Below are positions 1 through 12,205 of a stretch of 64,000 nucleotides of DNA, in pieces (positions within the stretch are counted from its first letter, which is position 1; each line of letters starts with the position of its first letter). Origin of the DNA: Polymyxa betae A26-41 (lineage: Eukaryota > Protista > Endomyxa: Phytomyxea); NCBI GenBank assembly GCA_003693705.1, contig RBZT01000832.1, positions 44,802 through 108,801 of the forward strand, in the 5' to 3' direction. The notes below the pieces were generated by a model that saw only the letters and a list, made by a program, of their open reading frames with translations, made no database searches and was not told the origin of the DNA. The translations under genes and the position numbers were made by a program.

Positions 1-181
1 CCTAGAACAGATAACCCGCCAAACAGAATGCCGATTGTGCTACCAAGAGCGGCGCCTACTTCTATAAGAATAATCTCCAGCGGCCAGCGATTCCCTTACC
101 CATTCCGAAACCATAGGCAGCAGTGTAAGCACAGCGCTTCCACCTTCCTGGTCGCTCATGCTGGGGATCTGTGTACGCCAT
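1..181 (-). CDS. ROMO1: ROMO1/Mgr2-family mitochondrial inner-membrane protein (3' part outside window)
   Basis: Not in the ORF track. ATG at 181 and a GT-AG intron at 99-56 give MAYTDPQHERPGRWKRCAYTAAYGFGMG/AALGSTIGILFGGLSVL, which matches the ROMO1 GFxMGxxxGxxxGxLFG pattern. Confidence 0.75.
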
Positions 182-387
182 GACGTTTTCGAAAAATGAA
201 ATGGTCAATTGACGCAACAATTGTTTCTCCGTAGCAGCCTGAGTTGTTTTCGTTACAATGCCATATTATGGGCTGCTGAAAAATTGCAGCTGAACGCTCT
301 ACTGTAGCACTAAATTAGAGTCATAAATTATAATGCAATAAATATGAATATTAACATTGTAGATTATCGTTTGCAAGAATACATTAT

Positions 388-1076
388 TCAGCTGTCACTG
401 TTTATGGGAGCGGCTGAGTCAGCTCGTCTTCGCTTCCTCTCACGAAGCAGGGCTCTACGCTGCTCAAGCTCTTGTTGCCGTTTTGCTTGCATCTCGTTGA
501 AGCGTTGACGAGCGAGCTCAGTCTCCGCCTCCACTTCTTTCACCATCTGCTTCTCAACATGCGTCAGCGTCTTCCGGTATTGGTTTAGGAGCTCATCTTT
601 GTTTTGTGATTTCGTAGGCAGCGACTCAACATCGGCCCCAGCTGGGACAAACCCGGCTTCCTCTTCCCAGTTCTTTCTTTCAAAGTCGATTAATGAGTTG
701 TCATCATTGCTGCCCATGTTGGCAAGCTTTTGATACAGTGCAACTTTCTCGTGCATTCGGTTTACCCTTTCTTCAGCTTCTTTTGCTTCCTAGCAGAATT
801 TAGATTCAATTAGAGATAAAAACAACGATTAAAAACCTGCATGGCAGCCTTCTGGTCCCTGGCAGCAGTTTTAGTCGATACACCAAGAGCTGAAGGTTTC
901 TTTCGAGGCTCGTGAGGAGCGCCTGACTTCAGCTCTTGTTCAGCGGCATAGAGCGTTGCTTTCAGACCCACGACCGATGCCTGATCAACCTGAATTGGGC
1001 GAGCTTGGCGAGGCTGGACCGCCGACTCGGTGATCCAGCCCATGGAGCCGACGCTCCTGCCAGCATTAGACGACAT
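388..1076 (-). CDS. CCDC174: CCDC174/DUF4078-like coiled-coil protein (2 exons)
   Basis: Motifs MGWITES, SVVGLKATLY..EQE and EKVALYQKL...LIDFERK. An intron at about 791-837 joins ORFs 810..1082 and 388..756. Confidence 0.7.
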
Positions 1077-1379
1077 CTTCAAGTGCTGTCAGAAATACGG
1101 ACTGCGATTTTTGTAAAACTTGTAAAGGTTTTTCTTGAATGGACGAATACTACCGAGCAGCGACTTGAGTGTATTACAATAAACTTATTATTGATAAATT
1201 TGAGAGGGGAAAAAATGTAAAAGAATGGTTTAGGACTTGCCAGATTCTTGGATGTTATAAAATTGGAAAACAAACCAGAGAACGTTATAAGTAAAAGGAG
1301 ACACAAACTGCCAGAGCCATAAATTTGCAATAGATCTGACCTGTTGCTATAATCATCGCAGTTGGCCGGCAATGCGATT

Positions 1380-2500
1380 ATGGTAATCATGACGGAGACG
1401 ATCAGGCCGATCCTTCCTGACTATGAGCCATCGATGGCCTTGATCCCTCCGTTCCGATTCGCCAATGTAGAGCCAGGCCTGACACGAGGCGCCTATCCAA
1501 CGCTCATGAACTTTCGGTTTCTGTCGTTGCTGAAACTTAAGACGATCGTCTGTCTGGTCCCTGAGAATCCTACCCAAGATCTTCTGGATTTCTGCTTGTT
1601 TTACGACATCCAGTGTCATCATTTTCCTGTTGCGAAATACAACGAAGCCGTGACATTGAAGAAAGAGGATATGATTTCAATTTTACAGGTTGAACATTGT
1701 TATCAGAAGGTGAAATTCGTTTATGCCCTTTCTAGGTGCTCATCGATAGTACAAATCTGCCCGTCTATGTTCTCTGTCTGGATGGTATCAACATTACTGG
1801 TAAGTTGGAAGTTAAGAACAAATCTAACTACCACTAAAAAATGGTTTTGCAGGATTGGTTATCGCATGCTTTCGAAAATTACAGAACTGGGGTAGATCCG
1901 CTATCGTCCATGAATTCTGCAGGTTTCTCTACCTTCCCTTTAATCAGGACTTTGAAACTGAATTCTGAACAGATTTGGCTTTGGAGTGGAAATGATCAGT
2001 GAAGGTATCTGAAGTCTGTGCTCTGAGTACATGAACGAATATCAACATTTGGTAGAGTTACAATTCGTCGACGACTTCGACGGCGAAATCGTCGTTCCGG
2101 GTACCTTAATCTGTTCGAGCTGCTGGGATAGGCTAACGATTGTGTAGATGAAATTCCTGAGTTTCTCTGGAACGGGTTAAATTTCGTGAAACATCCCAGC
2201 ATAAAATTGGTTCAGGCCTCAGCTCTTCCCGAATCTGGAGCTTCGGCGATCCAGGACGTCGACCAAGCTGGTTACGATATTGATGATAAGGCTCAGCCAC
2301 AGCAGCAACCAGAAGACGATTCTATTGAGCATCGGCGCCGATTGTCACATTTCGATATCTTGTATTCGAACGAAGAAGACCGAATTCACGATAATCGCCT
2401 CCAGCACAAAGAAGCGAAGGAGAAATTCTCGCACTCGATTCGATCTCTTGCACTAGAATCTTCGGTTGCCATGCAATTTCGAACACGAATGGTCAGTTGA
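1380..2500 (+). CDS. OCA6/Siw14-family (Y_phosphatase2) tyrosine-phosphatase-like protein, multi-exon
   Basis: LIPPFRFANVEPGLTRGAYPTLMNFRFL; the spliced P-loop reads VLCLDGINITG-LVIACFRKLQNW; C-terminus SHSIRSLALE. Confidence 0.8.
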
Positions 2501-2707
2501 AAAAATAATCGATTTTCAAACTATTCCGATAATCATCCATAGTTGTCATTGATTGATTTGGATTCAGCTCAAGGCATTGCTCGGAGCCTGTAAGATGTCT
2601 TGAACTCTATGTCATGATTTCTCATGTGCTGACTTTGGGGGTTGCCACTTTGTACTGAGAGGTATCAAGGTTAATGGCTGTCAACGTATGCTTATTTATA
2701 TTGTTTT

Positions 2708-5700
2708 CTAAAATGCTTCCGATTCATGCTGTACAGAAGGCTGTACCGATTGTTTTGTGGCATTACCCGTCGTTATCATCATTCGAACAATGCTGCAATA
2801 TTCTTGTAAATTGGCTGCCTCGAGATCCCGGTCCCTTACTCCAATGCGAGTCTGATTGAATCCATAAAAATCTAACGCGACAGACATCCGGAAACTTACT
2901 TTCAGGAAGCCAATCGCTTTGTTGAGACAATCGATTGCAGAACAATGAGTCTCTCCAACTCCTACAATACAGAGCGCCGCAGAAGCTATAGAATCTGCTA
3001 ACACAAATGATGTCCCCGATCTGCTACTCATATCGAATGAGACGCCCTAATGGTGTATAATGAAAGACCCGCATCGTACGAAATATCAAACATACATCAA
3101 TCCGGCACATATTAAACAAAGCGTTGTGATGGATTGAGGTCAGGGCCGGTACAACCACATCAAAGAATGCAGCATAGCAGCGTATTGGCGTTAGCTTCTC
3201 CTGCAAATCCAGGTTGAGTTCGGATGTTGATGAGACCTGGCTAAGCGATCTCGTCAATCGTCGCTGGACAAACAATTCACTTAGAGCATCGACGCCATCA
3301 ATTGGTATTGTTACCTCAATGGGAAGTGGCGCTCGTTCTGTTCCGATATCGTATTCACCAGATTCGCTATTAAACTGGCCAGCACAAAGGAAATTGAAGA
3401 AGCTGAATGTGACATGTGATGTGGTCATGCGTAGGTTTAAATCAACTGCCAGTAATGTCTACGATTGACGGTATCATTAAGCTGTAACATCTGCACCAGA
3501 CAATGAAAGCTACCGAGAGTTTTGTTGATTCGTTATAGCTAACGACAAATTCAACGCCGACATAGCCGATTACGCCGCGCCTGGCACAGACTTGCCCGAT
3601 TGCCATTGCTGAACGGCACAATTCGTCGTTGTCGAATGTCGATTGGGGACAGATCGCCCCAGAAACAACATAAGGCCGGCTACAACTACAATTAGTGTCC
3701 AGATCACAACAAACACGGATGTCGAATTGGATCAAAAAAGCAAGATGCATTACCCGAAGACTTGATCATGTGTTGCAATAAGTGAACAGTGTCCAACAGG
3801 ATTAATGAATAGATTAACACTCGGTGATCCTGTTACAAATGAAGGACATGCTTCAATACATCCACCAACATGCCCAAGACGTGCAAAATATTGCCTCCAG
3901 CCGCCATCACCTGCATATACATTGGCGTGAACCAACTTCACTATGAATTGCAGTCGCTGCTTCAAGGAAGTCCTCAATCGCCGCCTGCAAACATTATCTG
4001 ATTCAGAACTCCCAGTTTCGGATAATTAGGTGAGTCTCCTATTACCGGTTAAATGCGAGGACGTCGTCAGCAGTAAATTTAGTGGAAGTTTTAGATTCAT
4101 GCACAAGATCAGCATAGATTCGCAAACGAGGAGGTTCTAAATAAGCCAGTCCTCTTCCTCCATATTCATCATTGAGCTTGATCATCCATCGCTGTACCGT
4201 TAGATTCGTAATAATCAGCTGACTGAGATGATCACAGAGATCGTCTTCTGAATAAATATCATGTGTTCCGATCGGGTATTCAACAACAGCTTCGGCGAAT
4301 ACCCGCTTGCATCCGGACGCTGGGAGAATTTAATGAAAGACTTAAATGGTGAAAGTTGTTTACCTGAGGATAAAGATCGTGAGATTTGAGGTTCAGGACC
4401 AAGCATTGGGAGATCCAGAAAAACAGCAAGTTTCAGATCATAATCACCAACAATATGTGGAATGATGTATGCTGATTGTCCTTTAGTTAACGCCCGAATT
4501 CGGTTCAGGCATTTCGATGAATAGTACAGAACCGTGGAGAGCGGCGTTGTCGGCGGGAACAGCTTTATTGCTTCCGGCGTCAGGAATCGCAACCTTGTTG
4601 ATAACGATGGTGCTGGTCTTCATATTATTTCACATTCTGATAACTTTCACGTAGAAAAATTCATAATAGAGAATTGTCAACGCTGTAAGAAACAAAAGCG
4701 TTGTGAAAATCTGTAAGGTTACCTCCTCTCAGCTGCAATAATTGGAGATAATAACGCTGAATATCATCACTTATTGGTGTCAGTGATACATAGATGATTT
4801 CCACGTTGGGATCCATCAGATCAAACAGACGTGTCAGTTGTAGCGCTTGAACTCGGTCAAGATCATCGAGTGGGTTAGAGCTTGCTCTCTGTTGAGCCCG
4901 TTGTTCCGGTGATCTCCATACCGAGGTCAGATGCACAACAACACGGCGACGTTCACGAATCCGACTCCATCTAATAGCACAACGCCCTTTAAAAATTGAC
5001 CCCAAGACAACGTATAGAACAAAAACACCAGGTACACAATTTGCAAGCAATGTTGACATTTCAGTAATCCTGAATCTTGAATACCATACTTACGCAAATC
5101 GTCAAAATAAGTCTCAATGGAACGAAAAAACCAAAATTAAAAATCGTGTGAGACAAACAGATTCACCTTCGCCGGAAAGCATCTTGTCTTGCCCTCCATT
5201 TCATCAAATCCTTTTCCCATCGTTCGTCGATATGGCGTCGGGTCTGTCGGCGTTGGCTCCAGAGGCGATACGCGATGGCAATCGCTCGAGCGGATCGGTC
5301 TCGGAGCCGTTCAGACTTGAACCGACGACGCTGACGAGCCATGCGCCATGTAGCCTGGATCTGGACGGCAGCATCTTCACTTTGATTGCCACATCTTGAA
5401 CGGCCAGGACGGATCTTGACGTGATCCCGATTCGTGATGCATTGGAGCAGTTCTTGAGCTGTGGGAGGTCGGTCTGGTAATTCGGCGAGAAGGGCAAGCT
5501 GCTGGCCGTTGATATGAGCAAGTGCGACCCGATTAACGGTCATGATTTCCTCCAAGCGACGGATCAGAGTTTGAATGGCGCCCCAAATTGTTTCATAGCG
5601 TCTCCGGAAAGAGGTAAATTCGGGCGTTTGCGTGATCGCCGATCTGGATGAGCCGGAAGTCAGCGGCGATCATTATGAAATGGCGAACTCACCCGTGACT

Positions 5701-7102
5701 GATTAGAAACTCGTGCAGGCTGTATGTGTCAAGAAGTTCGTTGAGATCTCGAGCTGGTGTTGGTGCTTCGACAAACGTTCGAAGCGATACCGAGTCAGGA
5801 TCGGGGATTGAATCTGGCACCGGCACTTGGAATAGCTGAGGCTCAATGTACCTTTCTTTCTTGACCTAACAACGCCATTAACCATGAGATGTCAGATTTT
5901 AAAAGACAATAACTTCATAATGCCTGCAAAAAACGAAATGATCTTCGATTTAGGCAGAAGTCAAGTTATGCATTTCGTTAGAAATGCTTCGCGTCAAAAA
6001 CATTAAACAAAACAATATCGATAATGGACTACCTTAAGAAGATCAGCGACTGCACCACGAACAGGTGTTTTTAAGTCCAGAACCACATTAGCCGGCATCG
6101 GGGCGCACGTCGCAACGAATCCATGCACGAATTTCTGGGCATTATTGTGCAGTACGACAGGTTGCAAACGTAAGCCGCCACGTTCGCCAACTAAAGCCTC
6201 GGTGACGTCAGCCTGACGAGGGACCAATCCTGAGCTGATCAGATGCAGAAGACCGCGCTTCGCGTCCTCAATCCGAATCGGAACAGGAGCAGATTGACCG
6301 TCACGTCGTCGTCGTATTGCTTCCAGATTAACAAGTCAGCGCCGTGATTTTTAAAATGTCTCGCCAAGCACTGAATCATTAAACGATAAAGAGGAAATGG
6401 TGAAACAATCCCTTAACAAGACCAATTTTGAAATCGTGAAACATAAATGACTAATTGTGAAATTGTGAAACATAAATGACCAATTGTGAAATTGTGAAAC
6501 ATAAATGACCAATTGTGAAATTGTGAAACATAAATTACGTGTTGCCGAGTTTGCAGGAAGGCCACGATGGACCTTTCCATAATGGCGATGTAGGTGCCGA
6601 GCCTTTTCCTGTTGATGCTGTGATTCTGTAATCTCTTTAATTAGCTGGTCGGCTTGCGGACGGGACAACGATCGCGGTCGGCTAAGTTTCGTCACTGACA
6701 TCGGACGATCGCGTTGAATGCCATCTTGGTCAACGGATGCTTCAAAGACGACCGTGGTCTTTCGCTGAAGATCGGTTTGTGCCTTCTCTATGGCCTGAAG
6801 TAGTGTGGTAGGATCCTGAACAGCGGATGTGTTCAAACAACGTCAATCAAAGACAGCCAAATCGAACTTTATGTTGTGAAGGGTCAGATTTAAATCTGAC
6901 AAGATCCGAATGGATCTGTGATAATAGTTTGCCGACGTCCTACGACATGAAATTACATAAGCTGGCAGTGCTGAAAAACCTGAAGCAAACCGACCCGAAG
7001 ATGATAAGTTTGAATAGGATCGATCACAGGCGGGAGTCGTTGTGGTCGATGCCTGGAGTCATCAGAAGACGCCAACGCGCCGGGCGCTCGGCCTGCAACC
7101 AT
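2708..7102 (-). CDS. IQCH: IQ motif-containing protein H (IQCH), multi-exon
   Basis: IQ motif AAVQIQATWRMARQR; EDAKRGLLHLISSGLVP; LQLTRLFDLMDPNVEIIYVS; LYYSSKCLNRIR..LGPEP; GGCIEACP..GSPSVNLFINP; RGVIGYVGVEFV. The start at 7102 is inferred from exon MVAGRAP...QTYHLR spliced to DPTTLLQ. Confidence 0.8.
6420..6535. repeat. 29-bp minisatellite x4 (gaccaattgtgaaattgtgaaacataaat), probably intronic in IQCH
   Basis: Four head-to-tail copies start at 6420, 6449, 6478 and 6507, with few substitutions and no spacers. Confidence 0.95.
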
Positions 7103-7279
7103 ATCACATTAACATTCCGGTTACGATCGCGTACTACCAGCGATCTTCCAATGGTGATCTCAATGTGCTATTCTGCAGGCATCTCGCAAGAACGTCCCAA
7201 TCACTGTTTGATAAAAGAAAAGCAAGAATAGCAGAGCAAACCAAAAGGCTAATCTACTGAATCTCCACGCTTGATCACG

Positions 7280-9532
7280 TCATGGAATCTTCATTGAAGA
7301 CTTTATAAAGGAGAGTTTGACAGCTTCGTCAACTGCTTCTATGGACAGATCAGAATGGCCAAGGTGCCCTCTATCATCGCAAATATTTATAAGCATAAGT
7401 GCATCTACTCGATTTTGGTGCCTTCTAAATCGTTCGAAATATTTCAGAGGGATCCAATAAGGCACACGTCGATCATGTAGTGAAGTGGTAATCATGACGT
7501 CAGGATATGATTGAAGTTTGATATTCTGCAAAGTTCAATTAGATTGTGTTAGTGAAACCTCAGAGATCGGATAGCATACCTGATATGGAGAATACGAGAG
7601 CATAAAATTTCCCATTTTTGGATTGTTGGGATCACCGAATTCATCTCTATCTTGTATTGATAATGGTAGAGATGAATTCAGTAACGGTGTGACAACATCA
7701 ACAAAAGGGTAATCCATGATGGCAGAGCTGAATAGATTTGGGCGATCATTCATAACAGCCGCCACAGCCAGACCTCCAGCACTTCTGCCTGAAGCACAAA
7801 TTAAGGATGGTTGACTAATTCCCATTTCGATCAGATGCTCTATGCATTCAATATAGTCGGAAAAAGTGGTCAGTTTTGACGATAGCCTTGCTGATTGATG
7901 CCTGCATTTAAATTCAGATTAAAAATGAATTGCAGACCCTAAGCGGTCCTAACCAGTTCTTTCCAAGTTCACCGCCTCCTCTGACAAATAATTAGACACC
8001 AACTAAGAGCCATTTTCTGAAACAAACCGAACATGGCATAGCGCTATAACAAATCCAGCTTGTAGTGCAGCGATATGCTTCAGATTGAACTCTGATTCGA
8101 GACATTCTCCATAGGCGCCATACACATAAGCAATTACCGGTGAACTATAGAAAGACATGATGATTTTCATAAGACCCAGGACGAATCACCATTACCTGTG
8201 ATTCAGTTGAAGCTGTTTCTTATGAAAGAGCGTAATTGGAATCTGCACATCAGAGCTTGCAGCAGTACAATGAATTCTTCTTGCGACAAAACTACTCAAA
8301 AGCGACTCGGCATGATGATGACGTAACAACTCAGCAAGTCGACCTTCACTGAAGTTGTATTCGTAAACGGTTTCAGGCTGAATGATGGATTCAGTGCTAA
8401 ACCTGAATGTGTCCGAACCTGAAACCTAACAACCTGTTTTAGTTCACACGTATACAGTATATTAAAAGCTGTCACTTTGTTTGGCCCAGGGTGAATTGAT
8501 ACTAGTTTATCAGGGCCAGAAAAAACTTCTCTGATTTGAAATGCAAAGGTGTCGAGAGAAATAACTCGATCGTATCCTAGCAGAATTTTAGCTTCTCAAA
8601 AGTGAGCAAATAAACGTACCATTTTCATTGATATGCAGAGCAATGAAGCTTTGTAAGAAGTCAGCATTCTTGATCACTACACCGGGCGGTGGAATGTAAA
8701 CATCTTCGAATACAGAGCTTCCAATTTCTGTTACAGGTATCCGAACCAATTTGTAGTTAACAGCGCCATCCAAGTTCGTGATTAAGTAGATATAACCATC
8801 CAAATGCTCTACGAAGTAATCGACGCCATTCATTCGTGGTCGAATGCAGACAGGATTTAGAGCCGAATCCATAATCCAGCATTCAGTTGCGTTTTTTGAA
8901 GCCGAAGTTATTGTAATAAACCGCCCATCTTTGGTACGATTCACATTCAGCAGGAATCGCTCATCACGCTCTTCCAACAAGAGAAGCTCTTCTTGGGTGT
9001 CAACTCGATGGGCCATTACTCGATGGGGTCGCAGGCAATCATCGGCAGTGGCATAAACGATCGTGTTATTGTCACACCAAGCCCAAGAAGTGATATTCGA
9101 TATTCTGTTAGGCAAATGGCATCCGTCATGTTTAACTAAGATGCCCATTTGGGTCTCTCCATCGACCCCATCAGCTACTGTAAAACCCAATAAGCCTTGG
9201 TCGTCCGGGACTATAATGTTCTCAATCTGGGGTGCCTCTTCTGTACTAAACGCCCTAGGGTCGACAACCAATCTTCCTAATTCTCGGCACCATAATCCAT
9301 TCACTGGAGAATTATCTTCAACCGGATGGAAAAAGTATCGTGTGTGTGAACGTTGATCTGCAACGTCCATGCTTAGACAAGCATCATGAACGCGCTTCAT
9401 CGATCCAATTGTCTTTTCAAAATCGCTAGCCTGTTTGAAGGCGGAATAGCGCTGACGTTGTCGGGCAATTAAGCGAGAAAGCGACCGGGATGGCCATTGC
9501 ATCCATTTTTGCAAATCTAAATGAGATTTCAT
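7280..9532 (-). CDS. Prolyl oligopeptidase family S9A (oligopeptidase B/PREPL-like), multi-exon
   Basis: Beta-propeller region (RPHRVMAH, EERDERF, TKDGRFITI); catalytic GRSAGG; DYPFVDV; EFGDP; SYSPYQNIK; HDRRVPYW; GH near the C-terminus. The Arg/Ser-rich N-terminus resembles a mitochondrial transit peptide. Confidence 0.9.
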
Positions 9533-9676
9533 ATAGACAGCTGCGGACTAGTTCACGTTTCTAGACCGAACTGGTCTCAACTTTCTGCATCATTTTCATT
9601 AGTCAACAAACCAGCCCAACCAGAATGGAGAATTCGACGAAACTACCAAATAAGCCCAGGTTGTCGAAATATGGTT

Positions 9677-10007
9677 TTATCGATAGTTTGGTTCCGATAA
9701 GGAATCGAGGAAATTCTTGGAGTTGTTGGCTTCTTGGATGCGATCATACGTGATCAGCAGCACGAACATAGTCATGGCACCGAAAACATAGGCGCCGCCA
9801 GCGATCAAGGAAACCGCCGTCCAGCTTAAGTTCAATGGCTTATTGAAATCGACTCGCGCCTGGGCCATCTCGATCGCCTCTCCGCCTAAACCTACAGTAA
9901 CACATCGTTAGCGAAATCAGATGTGAACACAACCATAACCAACCTGCAACGATGGAGATGCATAGAGCCGATACAAACGCCACCGACAGCAGCTCGCGTA
10001 CACCCAT
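9677..10007 (-). CDS. Small signal-peptide, single-TM protein (about 92 aa, 2 exons)
   Basis: Exon 1 MGVRELLSVAFVSALCISIVA/G is spliced (intron about 9892-9943) in frame to ORF 9677..9868, which has the TM segment AVSLIAGGAYVFGAMTMFVLLITY. Confidence 0.65.
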
Positions 10008-10479
10008 GAATCAAGCGCTGTGACGTCGTCGATCAGTTCGTACCGTCCGGCGCCGCCTTGGTGATATCATATCACCTGAAATAGTCTAATCCAATGCAAT
10101 CCATCCCGGCCACCAATACGTTCTGCTTGCAACAAATTCTATAACAATCCGAGGTGATGCACGGAATGACTCGAATAATCTAAAGATCTCAAGTTGTCTG
10201 AAATTTAAAAGTGCATTTTTGGTGTAAGAATGCTTATAGGCCATGAGAAGGCAAACGCATATTGTCCATCTAGGGTTTCTAATGTGTCATTAAGCGACCA
10301 GAGTGACATTCGTTCAGTCTTCTAAACAAGGTGGATTCTGCGAAGGTCGGCTCCGATACCAGGCGGTGGAAATGGCGCCGTTCGTGACGTTGTCGGGCTC
10401 TGTGACGCCGAGCAACCAGCCACCGCCCACCTCCAGACGTTGCAGCTTGGCCGTGCAGCAAGACCAATCGCGATCGAGG

Positions 10480-12087
10480 ATGGCGGTGATGTCGGAGCGG
10501 AATCCATGCGTCGAAAGAACGTTTCGGGGCCATCGCGGGCCCGTTCGTGCCGTCGCTTTCAACAGCAATATGAAACAGGTTGCGACCGCATCAGACGATC
10601 ATATCGTCACTGTCTGGAATTTCAAACCCGATATGAGAGCTTTCCGTTTCGTTGGTCATACGGTAGGTAGGATTGAAGAATTTCAGTTCATTTTAACATT
10701 ACGGCACACTTTAAAAACAAATCTTTTCCCGCGTTCATACCGTCTTATTGTGGTTGTGGTTATCTTGCTGTTTATTTCTACTGAAGATGTGCCGAACAGG
10801 CGTCTGTGCAAGGCGTTGATTTTAGCACAAGTGGCAGATTAGTCGCATCTGCATCGAAAGATGGGACATTGCGATTGTGGCAGCCGCGTGTCAAAGGCGC
10901 TTCATCACTGATTAACGCACATACATCAGCATCTGTATTTAGCGTCTGTTTCTCCAAAGATGAAAAATTCGCTCTCACAGCATCCAACGACAAAAGCGTC
11001 AAAGTTGGTAGCAGGGTCAATTTCGGTCGATCACGTATTGATTAAGTTTCCAGAAATGGGAGGTCAATACACATAGATTTCATTCGTCATTCCTTGGACA
11101 TCAACATTGGGTTCGATCGGCTCATTTCAGCCATGACGGTCGTCTGATCGTTTCCGGAGGCGACGATAAGACCGTCCGACTCTGGGATGCACACTCGCCC
11201 AACAACATTCACACCTTCTACGAGCCCACAGGGTATGTTTAGAAATCGTTTGTGCAAAGCAGCTAAAATCTGAGTTCCCAAAGGCCTATTCATACGGTGC
11301 GATTTTACCCAGATGGAACATTGGTTGCTGGAGCTGGGCAAGACGGGTCTGTGAGCATCTGGGACATTCGTACGAATCGCCTTTTACAACACTATAACGC
11401 TCATAGCGGACCGGTCAACGCCATCGATTTCCATCCTTCGGGCAACTATCTAGTGTCTGCTTCAGACGACGCCACTATTAAAGTAAGGTGTCTTTATCAT
11501 TCGGAGAGCTTTATTTGACATTGTCGGAAGTTCTGGGATCTTCGTGAAGGGCATCAAATTTACACAATCCAAGGCCACAGTTCTAGTGTTAGAACAGTGA
11601 CATTTTCTGCAGATGGACATCATTTCGCCTCGTCTGGTATTTTCACAATTCCGCATCTAAAGATGGAAATTCCTAAAAATTTGCAGGGGACGACAAACTT
11701 GTCACGATTTGGAAAACGAATTTTGATAAAGAGATTCCTGTTGCTGCTCACGATCCAAATCCTAAGAGGACAAAACCTGGAGCACCAAAGCGAATCCAAT
11801 CCCGATCCGTTTTAGAAGGAGAAGCAGCGGCGTCTGAGGTATTGCAACCTGAACCTCAAAGTCGGGTTCCGGTTCCTTTGTCACCTCCTGAGGTGCCTGC
11901 TGCAGCTATTGTGGACCCTGGGAGCGGTGCTGAGATAGCGGCGACACTATCACGTATTGTGAACCAGCTTAATATCGTTCGCGATACAATGAAGCTCTTC
12001 GAGCAAAGATTGACAATGCAAGATTCCATTATTAATCAGCTAATGACAGAGAGGACATCAACACAGGCACCATCGACCTCGTCTTGA
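10480..12087 (+). CDS. POC1: POC1 centriolar WD40 protein, multi-exon
   Basis: [39 protein letters not shown]; WD repeats; [13 protein letters not shown]; C-terminal POC1 coiled coil [24 protein letters not shown]. Confidence 0.93.
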
Positions 12088-12205
12088 TTATAATATATTC
12101 CATAAATATTGTTCCAATTATTCCCGATTTCTATAAATACTGAAGGTGGTATTGATGGGTGAAGAAGAGTGCACAATCACAAAGCTTTATGTAAATAAAA
12201 CGCTG

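Noticed and set aside
6420-6535. CRISPR-like 29-bp repeats
   Set aside because: The units are contiguous with no spacers, there are no cas genes, and the context is a eukaryotic intron.
6883-6900. 18-bp perfect palindrome gtcagatttaaatctgac
   Set aside because: It is isolated, lies in a predicted intron, and has no supporting context.
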